Source: a virus (taxonomy: Duplodnaviria; Caudoviricetes). From it: a stretch of 57,507 bases of DNA. This document shows, one piece after another, positions 9,777 through 19,530 of this stretch. Below the pieces are notes generated by a model. That model worked only from the letters and a program-made list of their open reading frames with translations. It was not told the DNA's origin and searched no databases. The DNA is taken from positions 1-57,507 of IMG/VR virus record IMGVR_UViG_3300045944_000157, one strand, 5' to 3'. How positions within the stretch are numbered: the stretch's first letter is position 1; each line of letters starts with the position of its first letter. A program made the position numbers and the translations under genes.

Positions 9777-10232
9777 TTACTCGCCAGAGCCGAATGTGGT
9801 GCGCGACTTGCGCTCCGGTCTAAGGAGCGGCATGCGCGGGTCATTTTCGCGGAGATAGTTGTTATCTACCGAGGACATCTGGTCTGCGGCGCGCTTCTCG
9901 TAATATTTCGTACGGGCGGTCACATTCTCGACGGCTGTCTTGCAAAGCAGCAATCCTCCAACCTCCACCCCATCGGGGAAGCGGCTGTCCCTGTCGGACA
10001 TGATCTGGAGTTCAGGATGGTCCGCTGCCTTGACCGGCTCCCATCCTTCCCTGATGCGGGACGACACGTTCTTGTTGTCCGGTGTCCCGAAGCTGCTGGT
10101 TCTGATCCAGCGGAATGCGTAGCCGGGTTGCGGCAACGGTACAGGAAGCAGTGACGACGGCTTCCAAGATTGCTCTCTCTTCTCTGCCTCACGGGTTTCT
10201 TTGTCTCTAAGTGTGCGTGAAGCTTCGGCCAT
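9777..10232 (-). CDS. Conserved head-region protein
   Basis: W.P...LP.P.P.PG..FRWIR, REGWEPV, GGLLLCK motifs. Confidence 0.75.
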   Translation of the reverse strand: MAEASRTLRDKETREAEKREQSWKPSSLLPVPLPQPGYAFRWIRTSSFGTPDNKNVSSRIREGWEPVKAADHPELQIMSDRDSRFPDGVEVGGLLLCKTAVENVTARTKYYEKRAADQMSSVDNNYLRENDPRMPLLRPERKSRTTFGSGE

Positions 10233-11256
10233 CTCTCTGATCCTGTTCTGCGACAAGCTGTTGTGCGTATTGCTCGACGGTCAATCCAAGTCTGCGAGCA
10301 AGACGGGCTTGGCTCTCCGTGATCTGTACTCTGCGCGGAGCGCCGTTTCCGGTGCGCGACACCGCTCCCACCGGGGGAGACGATCTGCGTTCCGGCAGTC
10401 CACCGTTGGAACGGTTTGAGCGGAAGCGATCCGGAAAGCGCCGCCGCATCTCCTCGTTCAGCTTGGTGTAATATTCCGGCTGATCGGGCATGATGCCGTC
10501 CCGCTCAACCAGTTGCTTGTGATAGCCAAGCGCGTAGCCGGTCATCGCATCATCGCGACCGAACCACGTATTCTTCTCTGCCCATTTCACCGCCGCCGGG
10601 TCTGGTTGTGGCTGCTGCGGCTCCGGTGCCGGACGATTGAAGATGCTCTCGTCTTCCTTGCGAAGCTGCATCGGCTGCTGTGCCGCAGCGCGTTCCATCT
10701 TGGCGATGGCCGAAGCAATGGCTTCCTGCGCCACCACCATGCCATTGGCGTCACCGGCATCGTGGGCTTCGCGATAGGCGACCTTGGCCTGTTCCAGCAT
10801 CGACTGAAGACGCCCGCGATGCTCGCCCATCAGGACTTTCTCACCCTGATGGATGAAGTCCTTCATGGCGTTGTTTTCTTGCATCAGCCGTCTGGCAAGG
10901 TTGACGGCTTCCTGATTTTCGCGAGCGATCTCGTCGGCGCGGCGACGCTCCGCATGGATGCGGGCGGTCATCTGGGTGATACGCTTCTGGGCACCCTTGG
11001 CGTAGCCGCGAACCTCGTCCTCACCGGGAATGTCCGGTTCACCGTCGCGACTGTCGTCGGCTACCCACTTACCCTTGTCTTCCTCCGGTGCATCGTCGCC
11101 AATCTCGACTTCGATATCCGGACCTCTGTCCCTGCCCGGTTTGTCCGGGCGAACCAGTTCAGTCGGTTCCGGTGGCGTCCACTTCTCATCGTCTTCTTCG
11201 AAGTCGCCCTCTTCGATGAAGTCGTTATCCGTCAATGAGTTCTTCGGCATCACCAT
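10207..11256 (-). CDS. Scaffolding protein
   Basis: Acidic N-terminus, coiled coil, WA..N.WFG, ARRLGLT.EQYA C-terminus. Confidence 0.75.
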   Translation of the reverse strand: MVMPKNSLTDNDFIEEGDFEEDDEKWTPPEPTELVRPDKPGRDRGPDIEVEIGDDAPEEDKGKWVADDSRDGEPDIPGEDEVRGYAKGAQKRITQMTARIHAERRRADEIARENQEAVNLARRLMQENNAMKDFIHQGEKVLMGEHRGRLQSMLEQAKVAYREAHDAGDANGMVVAQEAIASAIAKMERAAAQQPMQLRKEDESIFNRPAPEPQQPQPDPAAVKWAEKNTWFGRDDAMTGYALGYHKQLVERDGIMPDQPEYYTKLNEEMRRRFPDRFRSNRSNGGLPERRSSPPVGAVSRTGNGAPRRVQITESQARLARRLGLTVEQYAQQLVAEQDQRDGRSFTHT

Positions 11257-11615
11257 GCCCTTTCAACCTTGCGCGGATCATCCACGACCGCTTCCACGGT
11301 ATCGTCGTTGATGAGCCGGAATTCCTGATCCTCGACTTTCAGTCGGGTGCCGGAATAGGAACGGAAGATCACCCAGTCGCCAATCTTGCACCACGGGCCG
11401 TTGGGGAACTTCTTCTCGTCCTGATAGGCATCCTCTCCCATGGAGACGACATAGCCGAAGATCGATGCGACCTCTTCCATTCTGCGCAGTTCATCCGGTC
11501 GTATGATGCCGCCTGCGGTTTTCTCCTCGACAGAAGGGATCGCGACGAGGAGTTTGTATCCTTTCGGGTCCGGAATGACCGAACCTTCAACATCCTTGAT
11601 TTGCGTGGAGTACAC
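11250..11615 (-). CDS. groES: GroES-like co-chaperonin
   Basis: P.GYKLLV, EEKTAGGII, G.DAY, GPWCK.GDWV.F..YSG, RLINDD.V.AV. Confidence 0.88.
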   Translation of the reverse strand: MYSTQIKDVEGSVIPDPKGYKLLVAIPSVEEKTAGGIIRPDELRRMEEVASIFGYVVSMGEDAYQDEKKFPNGPWCKIGDWVIFRSYSGTRLKVEDQEFRLINDDTVEAVVDDPRKVERAW

Positions 11616-11625
11616 GGTTCACCTC

Positions 11626-11664
11626 AAAAGAAACCCCGCGCCGGTCTTTCGGAACCGGGCGGGG
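11626..11664 (-). terminator. Intrinsic terminator-like hairpin upstream of groES
   Basis: CCCCGC-CCGGT/ACCGG-C-GCGGGG stem then TTTCTTTTG on minus strand. Confidence 0.55.
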
Positions 11665-11739
11665 CGAAGAAGGAGAAACTTAAGGCACCGGGCTAAGGTG
11701 CCACTCTAAAATACGGCACCCCTTGTCAGAGCGTCAACC

Positions 11740-11922
11740 TCACTGGTCCTCATCGTCCTCTGAGAATGCTTTCCTGACGATCTCCTTGACGATCATGAAG
11801 GTTCCCAGCATGGCGATCTGCTCCCGGTAGGTGGTGTAATCGGGGCAACTTCCATTGAGGATGTTGTGTTCGACCGTCGCCATCTCACGGTCGATCATGG
11901 CAAGTATCCGCTCCAGCATCAT
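11740..11922 (-). CDS. Small conserved protein after portal
   Basis: 60 aa, G...DY..YR motif, coupled to portal stop. Confidence 0.65.
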   Translation of the reverse strand: MMLERILAMIDREMATVEHNILNGSCPDYTTYREQIAMLGTFMIVKEIVRKAFSEDDEDQ

Positions 11923-14495
11923 TTGCCGTTCGCCTTCGGTCTGGCCGCTGCCTTCATCCGGGCCTGCCGCTCCTGACTTTCGCGGTCAAGCTGCCGCTGA
12001 TGATCCTCGCGGTCGCGCTCCTCCATTTTGTCGGCATGCTCCTGCCCCATCCTCTGCGCTTCCTGCACCGTGGTCGCGATGCTTTCGGAGATTTCCTTGC
12101 CAAGCCTGATGCCCTCTTGGCGCTCCTTGCTTTCCAAGTCCTGACCGAAGGTGACAAGGCTGGCCCCGACTTCCATACCTTTCATGCGCTCTTGGCTTTG
12201 CAGCTTGGCGTAGTCGAGTTGCTCTTCCTTGGCTTCCTTGGCGGCATCGACCACCATATCCACCGCGTCCTTCTTCTCCTTGTGTTCCTGCGCCTTCTCC
12301 TTGACCGCGACTTCCCTCTCGCGCAACTGGAACACAGGATCGGCAGCAATCTGTTCCGCCTGCTTCTGCTTTGCCTGCTGCTCGTGAAGTTCGCGCAGCC
12401 GCACCGAAGCGTCCGCCAAGGCTCGCGAAAGCATGCCCTCCACTTCGGGCGGCTGCTGTTCCCCCAGCGGGGGAAGCTGAACGCCCATGATCTGCTGTAT
12501 CTCACCGTGGTACTGGTGAGCCAGATGTTCGGACAGATGGGCTTCCATTGCACCTTGCATTTTTGCCGCAGAGGGTGACGCCTTCAGCATTTCCAGTATC
12601 TTGGGATCGGTGAGGAGGCTGAGATGGACCTGAATATGCGCGGTGTGATCCTGATCAGGGAACACCTTGGTCGGCTGACTGGTCAGCATCGCCATATTTT
12701 CCTGCACCGGGTCCATGCGTGGCGGCGGCGTATCCATGGGCAGAATGCGCTCATCGTTCTTGACGCCTATGGCCTGCAATCCCGCCCGATGAAGTTCCTT
12801 CATGTTGTAAAGTTCAGGGTTCATTGCCGCCAGTTGCTGGACAGCCTGCGCCTGCATGATGCGGTGCGCCTGCGTTGAGGCATTGGGATCGGATACCGGG
12901 ACAACATCCACGGTCTTGCCGTCGAAATCCTGACGCCGGTTGAAGGCACCGCTCTCATCCCACGCATACTTTTCGTCCATGTAGTCAAAGATCGACTTGG
13001 CGATGAGGCCGAATTCTCTACGTAGGGAAGCATGAAGACGGGCATGCACGGCAGTCATCACCTTCATCGACCGTTCAAGAAGCGCCAATGTGGTGCCGAC
13101 AGGGGCGCTCATGGTCTGCGCGGTGATCTCGGTGTCGGCAATCGAACCCACCCGCCTGCCTTCCTCGACAAGCATTTGCAGGAGATTGGCCAGCACCGCT
13201 GACGGTTCCTTGTACGGCATCGGGAACAGGTTCTGTTGAATGGTCCCGGCAGGGACATCCACGTCCCGCCACTCACCGGGGGCGATAGGGGTGTCGTCGC
13301 CCTTGGTTCGTAAGCCCCTTGTCTTCAACCCACCGGGGAGGTTGGACAAGGTTCCGGCGTCAATCAATTGCCTCAAGATGGACGTGGATGCCTTGGCGAT
13401 TGACCCAAGCAAATGGATCAACCCGATGCCGTAGAAACCCAGTGCAGGCATGTACTGGTAGTGAACGAAATACTGTTCGGCCACGCGCTGGTCGTCCATT
13501 TCGTTCCAGTTGCGGTAGACCGACAGAACCTTCCGGCTCTGTTTTTCAATTGTGATGATGTACGGGTCGGCAATCTCGTCCGGATCGGCAAGCACGCCGG
13601 GGAGATTGTAATAAGCATGGATTTCCCACAGTACATGGCGGTTATCCACCTGTGTCGCTGGTTCGATGCCGGTGATCTCGTTTTCTTTTTCCTTGCCCTC
13701 CGGCGGCGTTTCGACCGCTGGCTTCTCCAGCTTGACCTTCCGGTAGAAGCCTGCCCGCATCAGCTTCTTCACCTGATTGGGTGATCTGTGCATGACATGC
13801 GTGTAGCGTTCGGAATTCTCCAGATCGGAGCATCCGTAATCCACGATGAAGTCCTCTGCCGGAACCATGCAGGCGGAAGGCCGCTTCTTCAGCGGGTCGT
13901 AGTAGACCTTCTTGAACACCGAGCCTGCGAGAGGGAGACGAAACAGCAGTTGCTCCGTCTCGTTCCGATATTCCTTCATGTTCTCCGTTAGCTGGTAGTT
14001 CATCTCCTCCTTGACCCGCTTGGAGGTGGCGATCTTCTCCGGGCTTTCGTCGCCGTAGATTTTGGTCAGCACCGGCCCGTTGGCCGGGAAGATTTCGGTG
14101 ATGGCGTTCGACTGGAACCTGACGACCGCTTCCGTCATCACCGGATGATAGACGCCACTTGATCCCTTGAAGGGTTCGTTGCGGTCCTCGCCCTTGAAGC
14201 CGAGATAGTCGAGGCCGGAGGTATAGGTGTCGATCCAGTCGGCGCGGCTCATGTCGTCCGCCTCAACCAGTTCGAACAGATCGGAAGCGATGGTTTCGAG
14301 GTCTTCCTCCTCAAGGAAGTCAGCCAGATTGGCGCGATGCTCCGAACCCTGACCGGGCTGCGGCTCCTCCATCGGCATGTCCTGCGGACGATCCGCCACG
14401 TTGTCCGGCACCACATCGACATCAATCGGCGGTGCCGCCCCGTTCATCAGCGGCATCTCGTCATGCAAGGGGATCATGGCAGGGGCGATGGCCAT
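11919..14495 (-). CDS. Portal protein
   Basis: 858 aa; LPLAGS.FKKVYYD, GFYG.GL.HL, LRQL.DAGTLSNLPGG, PYKEPS, APVGTTLALLE. Confidence 0.92.
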   Translation of the reverse strand: MAIAPAMIPLHDEMPLMNGAAPPIDVDVVPDNVADRPQDMPMEEPQPGQGSEHRANLADFLEEEDLETIASDLFELVEADDMSRADWIDTYTSGLDYLGFKGEDRNEPFKGSSGVYHPVMTEAVVRFQSNAITEIFPANGPVLTKIYGDESPEKIATSKRVKEEMNYQLTENMKEYRNETEQLLFRLPLAGSVFKKVYYDPLKKRPSACMVPAEDFIVDYGCSDLENSERYTHVMHRSPNQVKKLMRAGFYRKVKLEKPAVETPPEGKEKENEITGIEPATQVDNRHVLWEIHAYYNLPGVLADPDEIADPYIITIEKQSRKVLSVYRNWNEMDDQRVAEQYFVHYQYMPALGFYGIGLIHLLGSIAKASTSILRQLIDAGTLSNLPGGLKTRGLRTKGDDTPIAPGEWRDVDVPAGTIQQNLFPMPYKEPSAVLANLLQMLVEEGRRVGSIADTEITAQTMSAPVGTTLALLERSMKVMTAVHARLHASLRREFGLIAKSIFDYMDEKYAWDESGAFNRRQDFDGKTVDVVPVSDPNASTQAHRIMQAQAVQQLAAMNPELYNMKELHRAGLQAIGVKNDERILPMDTPPPRMDPVQENMAMLTSQPTKVFPDQDHTAHIQVHLSLLTDPKILEMLKASPSAAKMQGAMEAHLSEHLAHQYHGEIQQIMGVQLPPLGEQQPPEVEGMLSRALADASVRLRELHEQQAKQKQAEQIAADPVFQLREREVAVKEKAQEHKEKKDAVDMVVDAAKEAKEEQLDYAKLQSQERMKGMEVGASLVTFGQDLESKERQEGIRLGKEISESIATTVQEAQRMGQEHADKMEERDREDHQRQLDRESQERQARMKAAARPKANGK

Positions 14496-14619
14496 TGTGT
14501 TATATCCTCATCTGAGGTGGGCTGGTTGGTTGCAGCCTGCGTGTCACTGGCTCATGACCTTGGAGACACGTCGATTAACCGGAGGGCGGACGCGCCCCAA
14601 ATTGCCGCTGCAACCACCT

Positions 14620-16140
14620 CTAGTAATACTCCAGCTTTCTCACGTAGGTTTTTTTGAAGTCCTCATCGTCATCATTCATGGTGCCGATCCAGCCACCGAG
14701 ACGGAACCGCTGCATCGCCATGGTGACGGTATCGACGTAATCGTCATGCTCTCCGGCGGGGAAGGCGGCACATTCCTCAATCACCTCCTGCGCCCACGAC
14801 TTCATCTTTGGCGCATAGACCATTTCGGATGCGAAAATATCGGTGACCGAGTTGACGCGGCTGATCTTGTCGTTGGGATTGCCGGTGCCGCCCCTACCCA
14901 CCACCACGTCCTGTATCGGGATGTTCATCATCCGCATCTCGTAGATCAGCGGATGTCCCGCTCCCCGCGCTTCGATCAGGCAGATGTCCGGCTCCCACTC
15001 CTCGTAGTGCTGCTTCGCTCTCCGCTTCAGTTCCGGAAACTCCCACTTGCCCCGGATCGCATCCAGCAGGATCAGCTTGCTCTTCCCGTCGTCTTCTTCG
15101 TCTGAGAAAACGCCCCAAGTAGTACAGGCTGAATAGTCGGCTCTGGTCGTGTTTGAGAAGGCGGTGTCCCAAGATTGGATAATGGTGTCGCATTTCGGTG
15201 GCTTCGGCTTGTCCCAGTTCTGCCAGTAGTCGCGCTTGATCAGCGCCCCCTCTTCCGAGATCGGGTTCTGCTGGTACTGGGCGTTCCATTTGGACAGCGG
15301 GATCGACGCCTTGGTGCGGAGCAGTTCCTCCAGCGACCAGTATTCCGGCCAGATCGGTTTGCCGGAAGGCAGGATGGCGGGTAGCTGGACGATCTCCCAC
15401 TGATCGGAGTGCTCGTCGGCCATCTGTTTCTTCAGAAGCTGTCCTGTAAGATCGCGGAGCGACCACCGTGTCATGACCACGATGATCGCTCCACCCGGCT
15501 GAAGGCGTTGGCGGGGGCCACCTTCATACCAAGACATCACCCTGTCGTAGACTTCAGGGTTGCTCTCACCGATTACGGCATCCTGCTCCGACAGCGGATC
15601 GTCTATGATAAAAAGGTCTGAGCCCTTACCGGCTACTGCACCCCCAGTTCCGATTGCAAAGTATTCGCCACCCTTGTTGGTGGACCAGCGGCCAGCCGCC
15701 TTGTTGTCCGGTGACAGGCTGACACTGGGAAATAATGCCTGAAAATCATCCCTATCGATGAGTGCCCTCACCTTTCTGCCGAAGCCGACCGCCAACTCTG
15801 CCGTGTGGGACGACTGGATGACCCTCTTGTTGGGGAAGCGGCCAAGGAAGAAGGCCGGTAGGTAGACGGAAGCGAACTCGCTCTTGGTGTGCCGGGGCGG
15901 CATGTTGATGATGATCCGCTTCTTGCGACCGGCGATCACGTCATCGAACAGTTCAGAGATAATGCGGTGGTGTGACCCCTCAACGAAGTCAGGCCACATG
16001 GTTTTGACGAACGGCAGGAAATGGGTCCGCGCATTCAGCTTGGCGCGGGTGCGGGTCAGTTCGTCCAGTAAGTCGAGGACTTCCTTCTGCTTGTCGAGCG
16101 GAAGCCCGCTGACCCGAAGCAGCAACTCGTCATAGTTCAT
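14620..16140 (-). CDS. terL: Terminase large subunit
   Basis: INMPPRHTKSE Walker A, IIDDP Walker B, VMTRW, AQYQQNP, SWDTA nuclease, HDDYVD. Confidence 0.95.
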   Translation of the reverse strand: MNYDELLLRVSGLPLDKQKEVLDLLDELTRTRAKLNARTHFLPFVKTMWPDFVEGSHHRIISELFDDVIAGRKKRIIINMPPRHTKSEFASVYLPAFFLGRFPNKRVIQSSHTAELAVGFGRKVRALIDRDDFQALFPSVSLSPDNKAAGRWSTNKGGEYFAIGTGGAVAGKGSDLFIIDDPLSEQDAVIGESNPEVYDRVMSWYEGGPRQRLQPGGAIIVVMTRWSLRDLTGQLLKKQMADEHSDQWEIVQLPAILPSGKPIWPEYWSLEELLRTKASIPLSKWNAQYQQNPISEEGALIKRDYWQNWDKPKPPKCDTIIQSWDTAFSNTTRADYSACTTWGVFSDEEDDGKSKLILLDAIRGKWEFPELKRRAKQHYEEWEPDICLIEARGAGHPLIYEMRMMNIPIQDVVVGRGGTGNPNDKISRVNSVTDIFASEMVYAPKMKSWAQEVIEECAAFPAGEHDDYVDTVTMAMQRFRLGGWIGTMNDDDEDFKKTYVRKLEYY

Positions 16141-16142
16141 GA

Positions 16143-16170
16143 AATGAAAAGGGCCGCATGAGCGGCCCTT
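16143..16170 (-). terminator. Terminator-like hairpin immediately upstream of terL
   Basis: AAGGGCCGC/GCGGCCCTT stem followed by TTCATTTC. Confidence 0.55.
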
Positions 16171-16235
16171 CCATAGGGACGTAGGGGTTTATGGTACGCC
16201 TACAGGGTACAGCCCCTTGACGGGGATGGGAAGTG

Positions 16236-16580
16236 CTAGACGTTCTCGACGTTGGCGTCCTCTTTTTCGATGACCTCCTTGGTCATCGGTTCGCCTTGGC
16301 TCACCTCGTCACCGGCACCGACATTCTGCTGCGGCTCGCGCTTGTCGATGAAGACATAGCCGGTGTTGGTGGGAATTTCCTCGTCGGTAAAACCAGCCTG
16401 TCTGTACTGGCGTTCGGCATTGCGCCGCTTCTGGAGTGCCGCAACATCCTCCTCGCCGTCATAGGTGCGGGAAATCTGAGCGCCTACATCGTAATATTCG
16501 GCATCTGCCGCTTCACGGGCTTCGTTCTCAGCCTGCATCTGTTCATCGACACTGCCGGGTCCGGCTCTGGTCGTGGCCAT
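16236..16580 (-). CDS. Acidic hypothetical protein
   Basis: 114 aa, AAGGA RBS, abuts upstream stop. Confidence 0.65.
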   Translation of the reverse strand: MATTRAGPGSVDEQMQAENEAREAADAEYYDVGAQISRTYDGEEDVAALQKRRNAERQYRQAGFTDEEIPTNTGYVFIDKREPQQNVGAGDEVSQGEPMTKEVIEKEDANVENV

Positions 16581-16865
16581 TTACTTTCCTTTCTTTCCAG
16601 ACTTCCCTTCGGAAGCCTTATCAACTGCGGAGACGCCCTCGGCATCGGCATCCTTCGGCTCGCCCTGATTGCCCTTACCCGGCTTGTCTTCGGGAGGGCC
16701 GCGACCCTCTTCCTCGCCGCCCTCGCCCTTCAGTGCGGCGGCGACCTTTGTCCATAAATCGGCATCGGTCAGCATGTTGCGGCTGTTGACTGTCGGGTTG
16801 GCGCTGGCATTGACGAAAAGCTGCGCGACACGCTTGCCAATCTCTTCATTCTGCGGGTTGGCCAT
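16581..16865 (-). CDS. Hypothetical protein
   Basis: 94 aa, GAGGA RBS, operon context. Confidence 0.6.
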   Translation of the reverse strand: MANPQNEEIGKRVAQLFVNASANPTVNSRNMLTDADLWTKVAAALKGEGGEEEGRGPPEDKPGKGNQGEPKDADAEGVSAVDKASEGKSGKKGK

Positions 16866-17349
16866 TGGTTGGTTCCTCTTCGTTTTCAGGCAGGAAGGTG
16901 AAGGTCTTCTGGTCCGTCTGATAGCTGCCCTGCTGCACCCAGACCGGGAATGACCCTGCGACTTCGGCAGTCGATGGCTTGACGGTCGTCCTTAACTGGT
17001 CGCTGCTGATGAAGGTCGTTGGTTCAATACCGCCGTTGAAATAGATAATGCTCGTCTCGGTGAATTTGTTGCCATTGACGTTCATTTCCACATCGGCAGA
17101 ACCAATTCTGGCGCTCGACGGATTGATACTATTAAGCACCGGCTCCTCGCCCGGTTCCGGGTCGGGCGGCAGCGGTGGCTGCGGCGTGTAACCGGGGGGC
17201 CATGGCAGGCCATTCTGGAGATAGACGCGGCGCTGGTTGTTGGCCTTGATGATGTTGGCGACATTGGCCTCGCCATCAAAGGTCTGGGTGGTTTCGCCAA
17301 AGCGCGGGTCACCCGGCGTTATCGGCGGCATGCTCTCGTTCTCTGCCAT
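16846..17349 (-). CDS. IPT/TIG (Ig-like) domain protein
   Basis: PVLNSINPSSA..G......V.G..F...S.I.FNG....TTF.S...L pattern. Confidence 0.7.
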   Translation of the reverse strand: MAENESMPPITPGDPRFGETTQTFDGEANVANIIKANNQRRVYLQNGLPWPPGYTPQPPLPPDPEPGEEPVLNSINPSSARIGSADVEMNVNGNKFTETSIIYFNGGIEPTTFISSDQLRTTVKPSTAEVAGSFPVWVQQGSYQTDQKTFTFLPENEEEPTNGQPAE

Positions 17350-17635
17350 TCTCGTCCTCCATGAGGGTGAAAGGAAGCACGGCGGTCACATGGTCGCCGG
17401 TCTTGACCTTGACTTCGATGGTCACCGGCTCGCCATGCCACCATGCCGGATCGAAGGGTGCCGACAGCAAGTCCTGACCCAGCATGCCGCTGGCCTGCGG
17501 TTCGCCATCGAACAGCACTTGGCTCTGCATGGTGAAGCCCATGCCCCTGACGCCGAGCACGAATGCGCCATCGGTGGTCTTGGCGGTATTCGGTTCCAGC
17601 TTGAGCAGTTCCGGTGAAGACAGGGTGGCTGTCAT
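17309..17635 (-). CDS. Second IPT/TIG-like protein
   Basis: P.L..LEPNTA....F.L.V.G.GF...S.V.FDG pattern. Confidence 0.6.
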   Translation of the reverse strand: MTATLSSPELLKLEPNTAKTTDGAFVLGVRGMGFTMQSQVLFDGEPQASGMLGQDLLSAPFDPAWWHGEPVTIEVKVKTGDHVTAVLPFTLMEDENGREREHAADNAG

Positions 17636-17643
17636 GGCTCCTC

Positions 17644-17856
17644 CTATTGCAGCTTCGGCATATCGACCCCGGTACTGACACCGATCAGGTCGAGCAGCAA
17701 CAGCACGACGACAATCGCCACCACAACGATAAGGACGATCTTGACGATCCGTTGCGGCGGTTCAGGGATGAGATTGTCCACAACGTAGACGGCCACGTAA
17801 TAAAGAATGCCGATGACCAGCAGCCAGACAATCAGGCTGACGAGAGCGCCAATCAT
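17644..17856 (-). CDS. Two-TM membrane protein (Thivi_2564-like; holin candidate)
   Basis: Two hydrophobic helices separated by IPEPP..IVK. Confidence 0.65.
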   Translation of the reverse strand: MIGALVSLIVWLLVIGILYYVAVYVVDNLIPEPPQRIVKIVLIVVVAIVVVLLLLDLIGVSTGVDMPKLQ

Positions 17857-18056
17857 GATGCTTTCTCCTCATAGATTGCTGCCCTGACGGCGGCATCCTT
17901 GGCTTCCAGCAGCTTACGAAGAGCAACGGTGCGTTCCGGATTGCGCGGCAGGGTTTCCATGATCGTTGCAGCCAGTTTGCCAAACGGCTGCGATACCTCC
18001 TGAAGATGCTGTGGCAGATGGTGCCAAGCAAAGAACTGAAGGATCGGTTCGCTCAA
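17853..18056 (-). CDS. Small helical-hairpin phage protein (possibly Acb2/Tad1-like)
   Basis: GGAGGG RBS plus TTG; ILQFF..HLP.HLQ.VS.PF...LP.NPERTVALRKLLEAKD.AVRA. Confidence 0.7.
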   Translation of the reverse strand: MSEPILQFFAWHHLPQHLQEVSQPFGKLAATIMETLPRNPERTVALRKLLEAKDAAVRAAIYEEKAS

Positions 18057-18253
18057 TGAACCCTCCATAAACGAAGGGGATCGCGGAGGAGCCAACCCCG
18101 ACACGATCCCCAACCTTCAACCGCCTGAAAGGAGCGGTTGCGGTGAAGCTTACCACGCTCAAGGAGAGGGAGGAAAGCCGGGGCGGACAAACCTCCCCCT
18201 CAGTGGCCTCCTGTGAAACTGCTGTTCGGGCACATCACTCAGGCTCGTCCAGT

Positions 18254-18787
18254 CTATTTATTCTTCCCTTTGGGTCCACCGCCTTTGCCGGGGTTGTCGG
18301 GGTCTTTCCCTCCACCGGGCTGGTTCCCGTGTCCCTTGTCTGCGTCTTCAGACCCTGATGGTGGGCCATTGCTTCCGCCATTGTTACCGGGCGGGCCTTG
18401 GGGTCCGGTCGGTCCTTGAGGTCCGGCTGGCCCCTGCGGGCCGGGTGGACCCATTCCCCCGGTTCCTCCCTGTCCTCCGCTTGGCCCAGAAGGACCAGCA
18501 GGACCAGACCCACCACCACCACTATTGCCGCCAGAACCAGAATTGCCAGAATTTCCACTGTTGCCGCTCTCCTGCGCCGTTGCCTGTTGCTGGCTGTTGT
18601 AGACCCTGCATAGCTGGATGGTGTTGACGCCCTTCTGCCTGAGATAGCGGCACTGCTCCTCGGAGAAGAACAGCCCCGGTCGGTGCATGTTGGTGCAGCC
18701 GGAAAGCAGCCACAGGATGATCAGCATCCACAGGACGATGCCAATCGGCAGCGCAATTGCTATGCCGCGCACGAAGTGGATGCTCAC
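18254..18787 (-). CDS. Lipoprotein with collagen-like Gly-X-Y repeats
   Basis: GTG start coupled to upstream stop; hydrophobic leader, LSGC lipobox, GPQGPAGPQGPTGPQGPP. Confidence 0.65.
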   Translation of the reverse strand: MSIHFVRGIAIALPIGIVLWMLIILWLLSGCTNMHRPGLFFSEEQCRYLRQKGVNTIQLCRVYNSQQQATAQESGNSGNSGNSGSGGNSGGGGSGPAGPSGPSGGQGGTGGMGPPGPQGPAGPQGPTGPQGPPGNNGGSNGPPSGSEDADKGHGNQPGGGKDPDNPGKGGGPKGKNK

Positions 18788-18930
18788 TCCCGGCGCTTCT
18801 TTTGGGTCTTCGTCTGCGGGCATATCCCCCTCGTATCGATACCAACCTGCTTCATGACGCGGCACTGGTCCGCCGTGAATTTCGGCGCATCGGCCTTACT
18901 GACCGACATCAGGAAGATCAGGCTTGCCAT
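18784..18930 (-). CDS. 48-aa two-Cys peptide
   Basis: MASLIFLMSVSKADAPKFTADQCRVMKQVGIDTRGIC; paralogous motif in next gene; start uncertain. Confidence 0.45.
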   Translation of the reverse strand: MASLIFLMSVSKADAPKFTADQCRVMKQVGIDTRGICPQTKTQKKRRE

Positions 18931-19330
18931 TGCCGCTATCCAGCATGCGGTCGGCAATGAGTTTGAGGCTTTCGCAATAAGAGGCAACTTCTTCCAGTGT
19001 CGGTTCATGCTGGAGAACAACGCTGACGAACCATCTGTCCGCTCCCTGAAAAGCAAAACCCGAAGAGACGCCCCACTGATCCGGCCCTCCCCTTTGTTTG
19101 ACATGGCGCATGACGCATCCCGATTGCTGATTGGAGAACTCCTCGTACTCGCTCATGAAACGGTTCATCAGTTTCTCATCGTTCAGCACCCGCCAGACGG
19201 CATAGGTCGGGATGCCGATGACAACCAAGAGCGCGATGATCAATACGTTCTGAAGGTTCAGCCCCTTGATGATATTGGCGACGTTAGCGATGCGCCCCTC
19301 TGGTGGCGGCGGTTGCGGGGGAACGGTCAT
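18896..19330 (-). CDS. Single-pass membrane protein in lysis module
   Basis: One TM (VLIIALLVVIGIPTYAVW) and two Cys in the C-terminal domain. Confidence 0.65.
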   Translation of the reverse strand: MTVPPQPPPPEGRIANVANIIKGLNLQNVLIIALLVVIGIPTYAVWRVLNDEKLMNRFMSEYEEFSNQQSGCVMRHVKQRGGPDQWGVSSGFAFQGADRWFVSVVLQHEPTLEEVASYCESLKLIADRMLDSGNGKPDLPDVGQ

Positions 19331-19530
19331 TCGATCTTCTCAATCAGTCCCTCGCGCACCGCGTCATCGAAGTTCATGTGCCACTCGTAGATGGCTTCCT
19401 CACTGATCCGGACCAGCGCCTGCGCCAGCCGGTAGACCTCCTGCTTCTGGTGCGAGACGAACACCACATGGGTTCCCTTGGGAACGAGGATGTCCTTGGT
19501 GGTGCGGTACCTGTTGCGGTTGGCGCTCAT
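19327..19530 (-). CDS. Hypothetical protein
   Basis: MSANRNRY start, ATGA coupling at both ends. Confidence 0.6.
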   Translation of the reverse strand: MSANRNRYRTTKDILVPKGTHVVFVSHQKQEVYRLAQALVRISEEAIYEWHMNFDDAVREGLIEKIE

